From NCBI GenBank assembly GCA_963733055.1, contig CAVTBR010000001.1:576001-640000 (forward strand): DNA of 64,000 nt. Direction: 5' to 3'. Every line of letters begins with the position of its first letter. Positions within the stretch are counted from its first letter, which is position 1. The translations under genes were made by a program, and so were the position numbers. A model generated the notes under the pieces. That model was not told where the DNA came from and searched no databases. It saw nothing but the letters and a program-made list of their open reading frames with translations. Positions 8,901-18,997 of the stretch are shown piece after piece. The DNA comes from Candidatus Bathyarchaeota archaeon. Its GTDB lineage: Archaea; Thermoproteota; Bathyarchaeia; 40CM-2-53-6.

Positions 8901-11900
8901 CAACCCGTAACCTCAATCACATACTGCCCTGGAAACACATTCCCAATCAGGAAACTTCCGTTAACAACCCCACTACCAACAACTATAGCACAACCCGCAG
9001 AGCCCGCTAAGATTGGACCGTGCCCGTTCGAGTCTAGTCCGACGGCTGAGATTGTGCAACTCGTGTCCGTGGGTAGGAACCCGGTACCGTTAACGAGAAT
9101 GTGAGCACCCGTACGAGCGCTCTGGGGCCTTAGTGTTATCGCTGGCCCTTTCACCACGTTCAACACCGCCTGAGCGAAATCACCAGCACTTGGAACACAC
9201 CCGTTATTCCCACCGCAACCCGTAATCTCAATCACAAACTGACCCGGAAGCACATTACCAACAATGAAACTACCATTAACAGCCCCACTACCAACCTTAA
9301 TGGCGCAACCCGCCGTACCCGATAGGATTGCACTGTGACCATTAGCGTCAAGGCCGACAGTTGAGATCGTGCAACTCTGGTCCGTGGGCAAGAACCCAGT
9401 ACCGTTCACGAGAATGTGCGTACCAGGTTGACCGGTTGACGGATTCAACGTAATCGCTGGCCCACCAACAACATCCAACACTGCCTGCGCAAAATCACCA
9501 GCACTTGGGAAGCAGCCGTTATTCCCACCGCAACCCGTAATCTCGATCACGTACTCGCCGGGGAGAACGTTTCCAATCGTGAAACTACCATTCACGATTC
9601 CACTGCCAACATTTATGCCACAAGCAGCCGTACCCGCCAACAATGGACTGTGACCATTCGAGTCAAGCCCAACCGCTGAGACAGTGCAACTCGTATCCGT
9701 AGGCAGGAACCCAGTACCATTAACCAGGATGTGAGCACCAGTGCGGCCGCTCGACGGAATCAGCTTTATCACGGGCCCTTTCACCACGTTCAACACTGCC
9801 TGCGCGAAATCACCGGCACTTGGGAAGCAGCCGTTATTCCCAAGACAACCAGTTATCTCAATTACATACTGGCCGGGGAGAACGTTTCCAATCGTGAAAC
9901 TACCATTAACGACGCCCGTGCCGACCCTTATGCCACAAGCAGCCGTACCCGCCAACAATGGACTGTGACCATTCGAGTCAAGCCCAACCGCCGAAATAGT
10001 GCAGCTGGTATCCGTAGGCAGGAATCCGGTGCCGTTAACAAGAATATGAGCACCCGGTTGACCAGTCGAAGGAGTCAAACCAATCTTAGGACCACTAACT
10101 ACGTTCAATACTGCTTGCGCAAAATCGCCGGCGCTGGGGAAGCAGCCATTATTTCCACTACAGCCAGTGATCTCGATCACGTATTGACCGGGCAGTACGT
10201 TTCCAATCGTGAAACTACCGTTAACAACACCAGTACCAACCCTAATCCCACAACCCGCCGTACCCGACAAGATTGGACTGTGGCCGTTAGCGTCAAGCCC
10301 GACGGCTGAGATCGTACAACTCGTGTCTGTTGGTAGGAACCCAGTACCGTTGACCTGAACATGAACACCGGGTTGACCGGTCGACGGAGTCAAACCAATC
10401 TTAGGACCGCCCACCACGTTGAGTATGGCCTGAGCGGTGTCGATCAGGAGGTTCGTTGTGCTGGTGAATGTGGTTGTAGTGGAGGCGGTCGTTGCGGTGG
10501 TGGTGGTTGTGCTTGCGGTGAATGTGGTGGTTATGGTTGTGACGAGGCCTGATGAAGCGTCTATTTCGATCACATATTGACCTGGAGGTACGCTTCCGAC
10601 CGTGAAGCTAGCGTTCACAACCCCGCTTCCTTCGTGAATGACACAAGCCGCCGTCCCGGCCAAAATTGGATTAACAAGGTTGCTGGGACCACTCACAAGA
10701 ATGCAGGTAGTGTCTGAAGGAAGGAACCCAGTACCATTAACCTCAACATGCGTACCCGGCGCAGTCTGTGGAGGGAAACAGAGAGATCGATGGCCCGCTA
10801 ACAACGAAGAGTACAGCCTGCGCAAAATCACCAGCGCTCGGAGCGCAACCATTGTTGCCCAAACAACCAGTGATCTCAATCAAATACTGACCCGGCTGTA
10901 CATTAGAAACAATGAAACTGGCATTAACGAAACCCGTCCCAGCGTTGATGGCGCAAGCCGCGGTGCCCGGAACTATCACCTCGAGGGAGGCGGGGATACT
11001 CGAAACACTACACGAAGTATCTGTGGGCAAAAAGCCGGTACCGTTAACTTCGATATGGGCCCCTGTACGTGCGGTTGACGGAAACAACTTAATCGTTGGT
11101 CCACTCACTACGTTCAATACTGCCTGCGCAAAATCGCCGGCGCTAGGGAAACAACCGTTATTCCCGAGACAAGCCGTAATCTCAATCACGTACTGACCCG
11201 GAAGCACGTTACCAATCGTGAAACTACCGTTAACGATTCCGGTGCCAGCCCTAATTCCACAAGCCGCCGTACCAGCCAACAATGGACTATGTCCATTCGC
11301 ATCAAGACCAACAGCCGAGACAGTACAACTCGTATCTGTGGGTAGGAACCCAGTACCGTTGACTAGTATATGCGCGCCAGGCTGACCGGTCGACGGCTTC
11401 AAACCAATCACTGGCCCACTAACCACGTTCAACACTGCTTGCGCAAAGTCACCAGCACTTGGGAAACAACCATTATTCCCACCACAAGCCGTAATCTCAA
11501 TCACGTATTGACCGGGGAGAACATTTCCGATCGAGAAACTACCATTGACCGCACCACTACCAACCTTAATTCCACAAGCCGCCGTACCAGCCAAGATTGG
11601 GCTATGGCCGTTAGCGTCAAGCCCCACGGCTGAAACCGTGCAACTAGTATCGGTCGGCAAGAATCCGGTACCGTTAACTAGAATATGCGCACCGGGTTGA
11701 CCAGTCGACGGCTTCAAACCAATGACAGGACCATTCACAACATTCAGCACTGCCTGCGCGAAGTCTCCTGCACTTGGGAAACAGCCGTTATTCCCGAGGC
11801 AACCCGTAATCTCAATCACATACTGACCCGGAAGCACGTTCCCGATCGAGAAACTACCATTGACCGCACCACTACCAACCTTAATTCCACAAGCCGCCGT

Positions 11901-13019
11901 ACCAGCCAACAATGGACTGTGACCATTCGAGTCAAGCCCGACTGCTGAGACAGTACAACTCGTATCTGTGGGTAGGAACCCAGTACCGTTGACTAAGATG
12001 TGCGCGCCAGGCTGACCGGTCGACGGCTTCAAACCAATCACTGGCCCACTAACCACGTTTAGCAACGCTTGCGCAAAGTCACCAGCACTTGGGAAACAAC
12101 CATTATTCCCACCACAACCCGTGACCTCAATCACATACTGACCCGGAAGTACATTGCCAACGGTGAAACTACCGTTAACTACGCCGGACCCAGCATGAAT
12201 CACACAAGCCGCAGAACCAGCCAACAGTGGGCTATGCCCATTCGCATCAAGCCCAACGGCTGAGATCGTGCAACTCTGATCCGCGGGCGAGAATCCCGTA
12301 CCGTTAACCTGAACATGAAGACCAGTCTGACCAGCCGGCGGAGTCAAAATTATTCTTGGACCAGTCGTGACTGTGAATTCTTGTTGTGCGAAATCGCCCA
12401 CGCTGGGTGCGCATCCATTGTTGCCGGTGCATGCGGTTATCTCAATTACATAGTTATCCGGTGGGACTGGACCAGCAATGAAAGTGCCGTTTCCCGATCC
12501 ATTGCTTACAACACACGCAGCAGATGTGACAACCGACGGGTTTGTTGGGCTGGAGACCGAGCAACTTGTATCGGTAGTCGGGACGCCGGTAATGGTGAAT
12601 TTTACGTCAGTTCCCGAAGGGCCAGATGTTGGTGTGAGGACGAGGCCAAAGTTGTCTACGTTGAAGGAAGCTTGACCTGAATCGCTAGTCGGATTACCAG
12701 TCACCGTAATGGTATAGGTACCAGCCCCCACGCTGGCAACTGTGAAGGTAAACGTTCCTGCTCCACCACTCAGTGAACAAGATGAAGGATTACTTACGGG
12801 CGTTCCGGAAGCCGTACAACTCGTGTCTGATCCACTAAATCCTGAAAGCGTAACCGTGATGAGCGTGCCGGGACGCGCGTGAGTCGGACTTGGAGTGACG
12901 GTCGGAGCCGACTGAACGGGCGTGAATATGTTGGACTGTGCGATCGTCGCCGCGAAAGCGGATAGAATCAGGAGCAGTGTGACTAAGTATTTGATCCGGC
13001 GCAGTCTCAACTCAAGCAC
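5948..13019 (-). CDS. Giant (~2,350 aa) cell-surface glycoprotein/adhesin with ~21 tandem Ig-like (IPT/TIG-like) domains; one apparent frameshift at ~10765
   Basis: ORFs 10743..13019 and 5948..10879 carry the same repeat and join within one repeat (GPSISLFPST | APGTHVEVNGTGF) if one base is removed. It has a signal peptide, a Thr-rich stalk and a C-terminal VPG-TM-RR anchor. Confidence 0.88.
7270..12365 (-). repeat. Intragenic tandem array of ~16 highly similar ~315-nt (105-aa) units
   Basis: Consensus GPxIxLxPSTGQPGAHILVNGTGFLPTDTSCTISAVGLDANGHSPILAGTAACGIxVGSGxVNGSFTIGNVLPGQYVIEITGCxGNNGCxPSAGDFAQAVLNVV. Confidence 0.95.
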
Positions 13020-13054
13020 ATCTTTGAAGTTAAATGCTGAAGCGATCTTTGACG

Positions 13055-13062
13055 ATATTTAA
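13055..13062 (-). promoter_or_regulatory. Candidate TATA box (TTAAATAT) for the giant surface-protein gene
   Basis: About 36-43 nt upstream of GTG 13019. A second candidate, ATTAAATA, lies near 13208-13215. Confidence 0.45.
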
Positions 13063-13638
13063 CGAATCTTGACTGAATACGGCAAATTATTGACAGACAG
13101 ACGGCAAAATTTGCTAGATTCTGCTTCATCTGCGGAAGGGGAGACAATTTCGAACTCGTTACCATCATCTGCAGTAGACCGCCAGAACCCATTCTATGCC
13201 CTGTAGCTATTTAATTGTTGCTATGTGCAACACATCTACAATATGCAGGTCGAAGCACAACATGAGTAGACTGTCACGATCATGCGAATCCAAGAGGATG
13301 TTATGGTTGGTTTTCCTTGCCTGATAGATGAAAAGATGTCAAACTAACGCCCTCAGGACAGGTTGAGAGAAGCGTTGAGTATGTGACATTCATCCCGCAA
13401 GACAGGTCTTGGCGGACTGAAAATTCCCCTTCACGTCACTAGGAAGGAGTTAATCGCCTCATCGGAGGTCCTGAGGGACCTGATTTTTGTTATTCAATAA
13501 ATAGAGGCGTCAATCACAGAGATTCTTCCCCATTTCGCATGTTACGCCACACGAAGACGGCAGTTTTCTGAGCTCTACATCGGCCACAACCAAGACTTCG
13601 TCGAGTACGACGACGCCAACAGCTGATTCACAAATTGT

Positions 13639-14169
13639 CTACTTGCCAAGTTTGCGTAGTTTGAAACCTATTCCTAAGGACCACAGCCCCAGGAGCAAAA
13701 GTGAGATGGTGGAAAGAAAGGTCAACGGTTGCGGAAGATAAGTTGCTAACCCGATTATTCCCGTAATTATACTCAGATAAGCAACCCACTTGTAACGAAC
13801 TGCCTTCAATCTCACTAGGCCAAAAATTAGCACGCCGATTACGAAAACCGCGTTCCCTACAGCGTATGCTAGATCATGGGGTAATCTCGTAAGAAATGAT
13901 ACCGTGAACAAGAGATCTGCAGCAATTATGACAATCATCCCGAACGCGAAGAATGCCGCTACGACTTTTGCAGCAACTTCATGCGCCTTTCGCATGGAAT
14001 GGTAAATCGCAGGTATCGCCACGAGGAAGAGTATAGCGACGAGTGTGATGAGCCAGTGAACTCCACGCTCAAAGGTCGGTACCAACAAGGCGTAGAAGAG
14101 TAGTATGATTCCATTCACGAACAGGCAGACGGTACCAATTTTGGACAGCGTAACCTTGCCGATCTTCAT
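13639..14169 (-). CDS. Hypothetical integral membrane protein (~6 TM)
   Basis: 176 aa, almost entirely hydrophobic helices; TTAAAT box about 35 nt upstream. Confidence 0.75.
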   Translation of the reverse strand: MKIGKVTLSKIGTVCLFVNGIILLFYALLVPTFERGVHWLITLVAILFLVAIPAIYHSMRKAHEVAAKVVAAFFAFGMIVIIAADLLFTVSFLTRLPHDLAYAVGNAVFVIGVLIFGLVRLKAVRYKWVAYLSIITGIIGLATYLPQPLTFLSTISLLLLGLWSLGIGFKLRKLGK

Positions 14170-14240
14170 TAAATACCTGATTTAGATGCGGTAAGGATGC
14201 ATTTAACACCTTTCCGGAGCAAACAGGTGAGGAGCCTGGC

Positions 14241-15521
14241 TTAATCCTGGTTTCCGGTTACGAACTTGTATCCCCTTTCCATTTCCTCATCCCAAGAGTT
14301 CTGAACTGCGGTCTTCAATCCGTTTTCGAATAGTTCCCTCCTCAATTGGTAACTGTTGAGTAATTGCTCGAAGCTCTCCACAATCCCGGTCATGGTGGGA
14401 GTGCATAAAATGCAATTTTGACCGTTCCTCAGGACAGATCGATGTGCCGGGTAGTCATTGGTAACTACCGCACAGCCCGAAGCCATTAATTCGAATGGAA
14501 TGACTCCTGGATGGGGAGTGAACATTAGGTTAAGGGCCGCATCACACGATCTGTACAGTTCCGCGGTATCTTCCAATGAGAGAAAACCTAGATGCTTGAT
14601 CTCCTCCCGAATATCCCATTGTTCAAGATTCGCCCCAGCCGTCACGATTTCAATTTCAGGGTAGGCCCTCTTTATCCTTTCAAGAGACTGAATTCCTAAA
14701 TCAAATCCATTTCTGGGCATCAGGGGCCTTGCAAAGAAGAAGATTTTCTGCAGTTTCTTGCGCGGATGCTTCACATTCGGATGGTAGAGAGTTGTGTCTA
14801 CACACGGGTTGAATGCTACCGCCTCTCCGCCGTAGGTTTTGACGTACCAGTCTTTGAGGGGTTGTGCTGTAGCTATTGCTTGAAACCCGAAATGGTAGGT
14901 AAGCTCGGCCAGCGCTGACCATGGTCCGGCCTCATAAAATAAAGCCTCGTTGTCTTGTATGAAGTAGAATTTGCCAAGTGTGTTGTTGAATTTCAGAAGT
15001 GGGTAGGCGGTGGCCCAGAAGGTGGCGAAACTAACGTCGGCGTATGGTATAGCATTCAAATCGGGATTTCGATAAGTCTTCGCTCCGCGAAGCGCAGGGA
15101 AACGTTCACCAAATTTAGACGCAATAAGATCCTCAGTTGTTGGGTTTTCACCGATAATTATGAAATTGTTCTGTATCCCTTTTCGTCCGAGATAATCGGC
15201 GAATCTGAAGATGTTCATTATTCCGGCGTAAACTTCGGGAAAATCTGGGATAAACCAGTTCACAGAGGTAATTCTTCGGTTATCGGTCTTTTTCCAAGAC
15301 TCTATGATCCTTTGATTTTCTTTGAGATCGCGTTCGGTGAAGTCGTATGCGGCGAGTCGTCGGTCAATATAGTGGAACTTGCTTCCTGATGTGAGTCGAT
15401 CTGCGGCGCTTACTTCAATTTCTTTTGATAGTTCTCTACTGGAGTACATTAGCAGGGCTGCTAGAAATCTTCGGAGGCCGAACTTCTTCAGGTACCGATA
15501 TGCGAGACCTACTTTGGACAT
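14241..15521 (-). CDS. GT4-type glycosyltransferase, WsaF-like rhamnosyltransferase
   Basis: VNWFIPDF, ATFWATAY, FYFIQDNEALFY, FFARP..PRNGFDLG and PFELMASG motifs resemble the WsaF family. Confidence 0.8.
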   Translation of the reverse strand: MSKVGLAYRYLKKFGLRRFLAALLMYSSRELSKEIEVSAADRLTSGSKFHYIDRRLAAYDFTERDLKENQRIIESWKKTDNRRITSVNWFIPDFPEVYAGIMNIFRFADYLGRKGIQNNFIIIGENPTTEDLIASKFGERFPALRGAKTYRNPDLNAIPYADVSFATFWATAYPLLKFNNTLGKFYFIQDNEALFYEAGPWSALAELTYHFGFQAIATAQPLKDWYVKTYGGEAVAFNPCVDTTLYHPNVKHPRKKLQKIFFFARPLMPRNGFDLGIQSLERIKRAYPEIEIVTAGANLEQWDIREEIKHLGFLSLEDTAELYRSCDAALNLMFTPHPGVIPFELMASGCAVVTNDYPAHRSVLRNGQNCILCTPTMTGIVESFEQLLNSYQLRRELFENGLKTAVQNSWDEEMERGYKFVTGNQD

Positions 15522-15611
15522 GAAATCACGTGCGGATTATTCCGATGCTTCTTGATCAAGGCTGAAGCTTCACAGATAAAACCTCGTCGAGCCGGGAAGC
15601 GGTGAGAGTCA

Positions 15612-17108
15612 TCATTTTGAATGGTTTAGGCGCTTTGCAAGACCCCAACAAATCAAGGATATAACCGCTATCGCTGCCAGGAAGATGACTACGCGGAGGG
15701 CGCTAAAGTTGCTGCAACTTGCCAAGGCACCAAGACAGAGCTTGTTCAGGACCGCGATCCGCTGCTGAAGTGTGTTGTAATCCCAGTAAACACTTGATAA
15801 GAGACATGCCCTGTATGCGGGATCGTTCATGTGGTGCAGACAATTTAGATTCATTAGCATAGTGAGGTGCAAACTTACACCCCTCTCAAATCCATCCACA
15901 TAGCCAAGAAACAGACTTACCACAAAGAGACTGAGAAAAGTGGTACGACCGTAGCGCAAACGTGTGGTGGTGGTTGTACGAGAGCTCACAGCGAACGATC
16001 GCATTATGATAACGAAACCTGGTATCAGGAAGAGTACAGAGATCGCCACGTAACGTGACGAAACCGCATAGCCTAGACCTGCAAACCCAAACCTACCGAA
16101 AGCAGTTACAACTCCAGATATCACCGCAAACGCGGCCATCTGCAACCAAGGCGTTAGGAGCGAAAGCCCGTGCCGGACACGGTAGATTGCCGCCACGAAT
16201 GCGAAAGAGTATAGAACCCCGACGACAAGGCTTCCGTATTCACTGTTTGGGGAGTAATACCAAAAGAAATGGATGAGGAGATTGTGAAAATTTAGGCTCA
16301 TCACTTCGTTCATAGTTGGAGTCCAAGCCCCCAGACCGGCTCCAAGGTAAGTAAAGACGAACTCGAGTACACTAAACGGCTCTAGCGTGAGCGATCCTGA
16401 GAATCCTCCGGGGATCCAAAGCTTGAGGTAAGTTAAGGTTGCAACGCATCCTGCAACTAGCCATCCGCAAAGGAAAATGATCTTTCTTCCGTGACTGAGT
16501 CGTAGGAAACTTCCTAGTCCGACTGGCCAAACTATCAGACCAAGAAGGCTGGAGAAGGAGGCTAGATATGCGAATAATAATGCGAGTAAGAATGCAGCTG
16601 AACCTCGCGGGAGATGCCAAAGAAAATAGATGCTCAGGAGGAGAAATGACGTTGTCATGTACCATTGAAGAGGAGAAAAACCTGAAACAAAATTCCCGGA
16701 TTGCTCAAACAGGAACAGGAGCCAAGAGACAGGCACGATCAGCCAAGTTGAATTAGGGACAGTTTCCTTAAGCAACCTCCACAGGACTACTAGACTTACG
16801 TTGATCAGGAACCAGCCCGTTAACATTTCCCAAACGACATTCCATGATGTAAGAACGGCGTTGACCACCATCACGAGTCCCGGAAAGACAACAAGATGTT
16901 CATTATGGGGCAAGACGAGGTTACTTAACCAAGGTCCACCTTCGAAGAACGCTTGAACCAGTGGGATGAATTGGATTTCGTCCCAAACGATTACGTTAAC
17001 TCCGAATCTGATGATGAAAATCAACGTCAGAAGAGATGGAAGAACGGCGCCAAAGATCTTCCAACTCATGAAACGCTTTAACGAATAGAGATTTGGCCCA
17101 GAACTCAT
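15612..17108 (-). CDS. Multi-TM GT-C-like membrane protein (WDE / HNEH family)
   Basis: VNVIVWDE..PHNEH loop motif after TM1, late SSRY motif, more than 10 TM segments; paralog of 21512..23334. Confidence 0.7.
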   Translation of the reverse strand: MSSGPNLYSLKRFMSWKIFGAVLPSLLTLIFIIRFGVNVIVWDEIQFIPLVQAFFEGGPWLSNLVLPHNEHLVVFPGLVMVVNAVLTSWNVVWEMLTGWFLINVSLVVLWRLLKETVPNSTWLIVPVSWLLFLFEQSGNFVSGFSPLQWYMTTSFLLLSIYFLWHLPRGSAAFLLALLFAYLASFSSLLGLIVWPVGLGSFLRLSHGRKIIFLCGWLVAGCVATLTYLKLWIPGGFSGSLTLEPFSVLEFVFTYLGAGLGAWTPTMNEVMSLNFHNLLIHFFWYYSPNSEYGSLVVGVLYSFAFVAAIYRVRHGLSLLTPWLQMAAFAVISGVVTAFGRFGFAGLGYAVSSRYVAISVLFLIPGFVIIMRSFAVSSRTTTTTRLRYGRTTFLSLFVVSLFLGYVDGFERGVSLHLTMLMNLNCLHHMNDPAYRACLLSSVYWDYNTLQQRIAVLNKLCLGALASCSNFSALRVVIFLAAIAVISLICWGLAKRLNHSK

Positions 17109-17230
17109 AAAGCCAACCTGCTGTGACGTCGTGAATAAAGTATTGTCTCAACGTTGTGAAACGACTTGAAGTTCATTGCTCGAAAAGCGGGATGCGAAAT
17201 CATTTAGGTTCATCGCCTGAGTGACTCTCC

Positions 17231-18985
17231 ATGGTCCTCCTAGCAGTAGCCGTAGCCGTTTTCGTTCCAATTCTCTACTACATCCCTGGCGGGGCTATAA
17301 CACGTCTCTTGAGATTGCAAAGGGAGAGGATTAACTTGTATTCTTATGCAGTGTCAACTTTGGTCTACGCTTCAGTCGCGATTTTAGGACACCTGCTTGG
17401 TGTGGGCCAAGTTACATTGATGGAATTAGTTGTGAGTTCCACCCTGATTGTTTGCGTGGTTATGCTCGCGAGAGTGGTTCGGTCCGGAACCATTGTTAGC
17501 GAAGCTAAAACCTTCCTCGGGAACCAAGTAATGCTGATTCTGGTCGCTGGATTTGTGCTCAGAGTCTTGCTAAGCGGATTGATTTCCGATTTTTGGCGAG
17601 GAGGAGACTGGTATTTCTTTCATTATGACACCGCTTTAGTGCTGTTAACAAACTCCTGGAATATTTCGCCGGATCGTACACCATTGTTCAGTCTCATCTC
17701 CGCCATGTTTATGTCAATATTTGGCAGTGAATTTTGGGTAGCGCAGATTGTCGGTGACTTTCTTAACGCCCTTTTCCTAATTCCATCCTATTACATCAGT
17801 AAACAGCTTTTCGGGCAAAATACCGCAATAAGCGCGCTAATATTCTTGTCAGTGCTACCCTACTTCACTTACAACGCGATCTACTATTGGCCCAAGCTCT
17901 TCGCAACATACTTCGTGCTGCTCTCCTTCTACGAGATGCTCGCTATCTTACGCCAAAAACCGGTCAACTGGCCACTATACATGACCAGTGCAGCATTGGC
18001 TGTCCTGGCCCATGAATATGCGCTGGTGTTTGGGATTTCCGGAGTGATCATTGGTCTAGTCTACAGAAAGTTGGATTACTCAGGATTCTTACGGGGGGCG
18101 ATCTGCCTTGTTGGGATTATGTCACCGTGGTGGGTGTACAATCTCATCACATTTGGAACTCCAATTGCCTCGTCGTTCAGGTATTACCCGTTCGCTGTAG
18201 GAGGGTTCGCAGCGATTCCTCCTGCCGTACCTACGGCCGAGTTTTATAGACAATTCTTCGCGACGCCCATTTCAACATTGATTTGGATGAGAGTAAGTAA
18301 TCTCTTAGTCACCTACATCCCTCTTCTCGGGCTTCTAGAGAAGTACGTTGCAATACCATACCTACCCAGAATCGATGTGGCAATATGGGGATTCGAATTC
18401 GTCTACCAATTCTATAGCATCGACTCACTTTTTGGCGCGCTGACTATTTCTCTGTCGATATTTCTGCTAATTTTCCTCCGACACGCACGTCTTAACAATA
18501 TAGTTAAACTGATTGGCGGATACGTTACGATCTCTTCAATCCTACTGACTCTTCAGTGGGGATGGTTCATGTCAGGCAACTTGGGATTTGGAAACCAAGG
18601 ATTGTTCCCAGCATTCACGCTCTTGACGATCTTGTCGGTCGCGGGTCTTGAGAGAATTGGTAAGGATCGCGCCTTCGTCTTCATTGGCAGCATTTTTGAG
18701 ACCGCTCTTTTCTATGTTTTCTTACTAGCAACCGGAAACTCTAATCTGGAGGAACCGACGCGCGTGACGTTATACTACCAATTTACCGAACATTGGACCG
18801 AGCATTGGCCGTTAGCCTGCTTCGTAGTTCTAATCATAGCATTCTACTTTTGTATTCTAGCTGGCTATGACCAGCCATGGAAAACTGTTTACTCTCGGAT
18901 CGGGAAAATTGTAGATCGGACTCATCACAACAGCTCCCACGAGGTCATCTCCCGAGCCGATGAGGTCGGTAAAAGCGTACACTGA
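17231..18985 (+). CDS. GT-C fold (ArnT/PMT-like) membrane glycosyltransferase
   Basis: Acidic luminal loop (GGDW..HYD, DRTPLF), then YYISKQLFGQNTAISALIFLSVLPY typical of PMT_2/ArnT proteins. Confidence 0.7.
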   Translation: MVLLAVAVAVFVPILYYIPGGAITRLLRLQRERINLYSYAVSTLVYASVAILGHLLGVGQVTLMELVVSSTLIVCVVMLARVVRSGTIVSEAKTFLGNQVMLILVAGFVLRVLLSGLISDFWRGGDWYFFHYDTALVLLTNSWNISPDRTPLFSLISAMFMSIFGSEFWVAQIVGDFLNALFLIPSYYISKQLFGQNTAISALIFLSVLPYFTYNAIYYWPKLFATYFVLLSFYEMLAILRQKPVNWPLYMTSAALAVLAHEYALVFGISGVIIGLVYRKLDYSGFLRGAICLVGIMSPWWVYNLITFGTPIASSFRYYPFAVGGFAAIPPAVPTAEFYRQFFATPISTLIWMRVSNLLVTYIPLLGLLEKYVAIPYLPRIDVAIWGFEFVYQFYSIDSLFGALTISLSIFLLIFLRHARLNNIVKLIGGYVTISSILLTLQWGWFMSGNLGFGNQGLFPAFTLLTILSVAGLERIGKDRAFVFIGSIFETALFYVFLLATGNSNLEEPTRVTLYYQFTEHWTEHWPLACFVVLIIAFYFCILAGYDQPWKTVYSRIGKIVDRTHHNSSHEVISRADEVGKSVH

Positions 18986-18997
18986 ATAGGGAAAACG

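Noticed and set aside
10743-10879. Programmed ribosomal frameshift in the giant gene
   Set aside because: No slippery heptamer or long homopolymer at the junction, and similar indels elsewhere (including acnA) point to sequence error.
7270-12365. Repeat array as a CRISPR array or DGR template/variable repeats
   Set aside because: Units are in-frame 315-nt coding repeats with mostly synonymous differences. There are no unique spacers, cas genes or reverse transcriptase in the window.
6154-12680. Many plus-strand and alternate-frame ORFs, some repetitive, over the giant gene
   Set aside because: They are antisense or out-of-frame shadows of the 315-nt coding repeat with no independent protein features.
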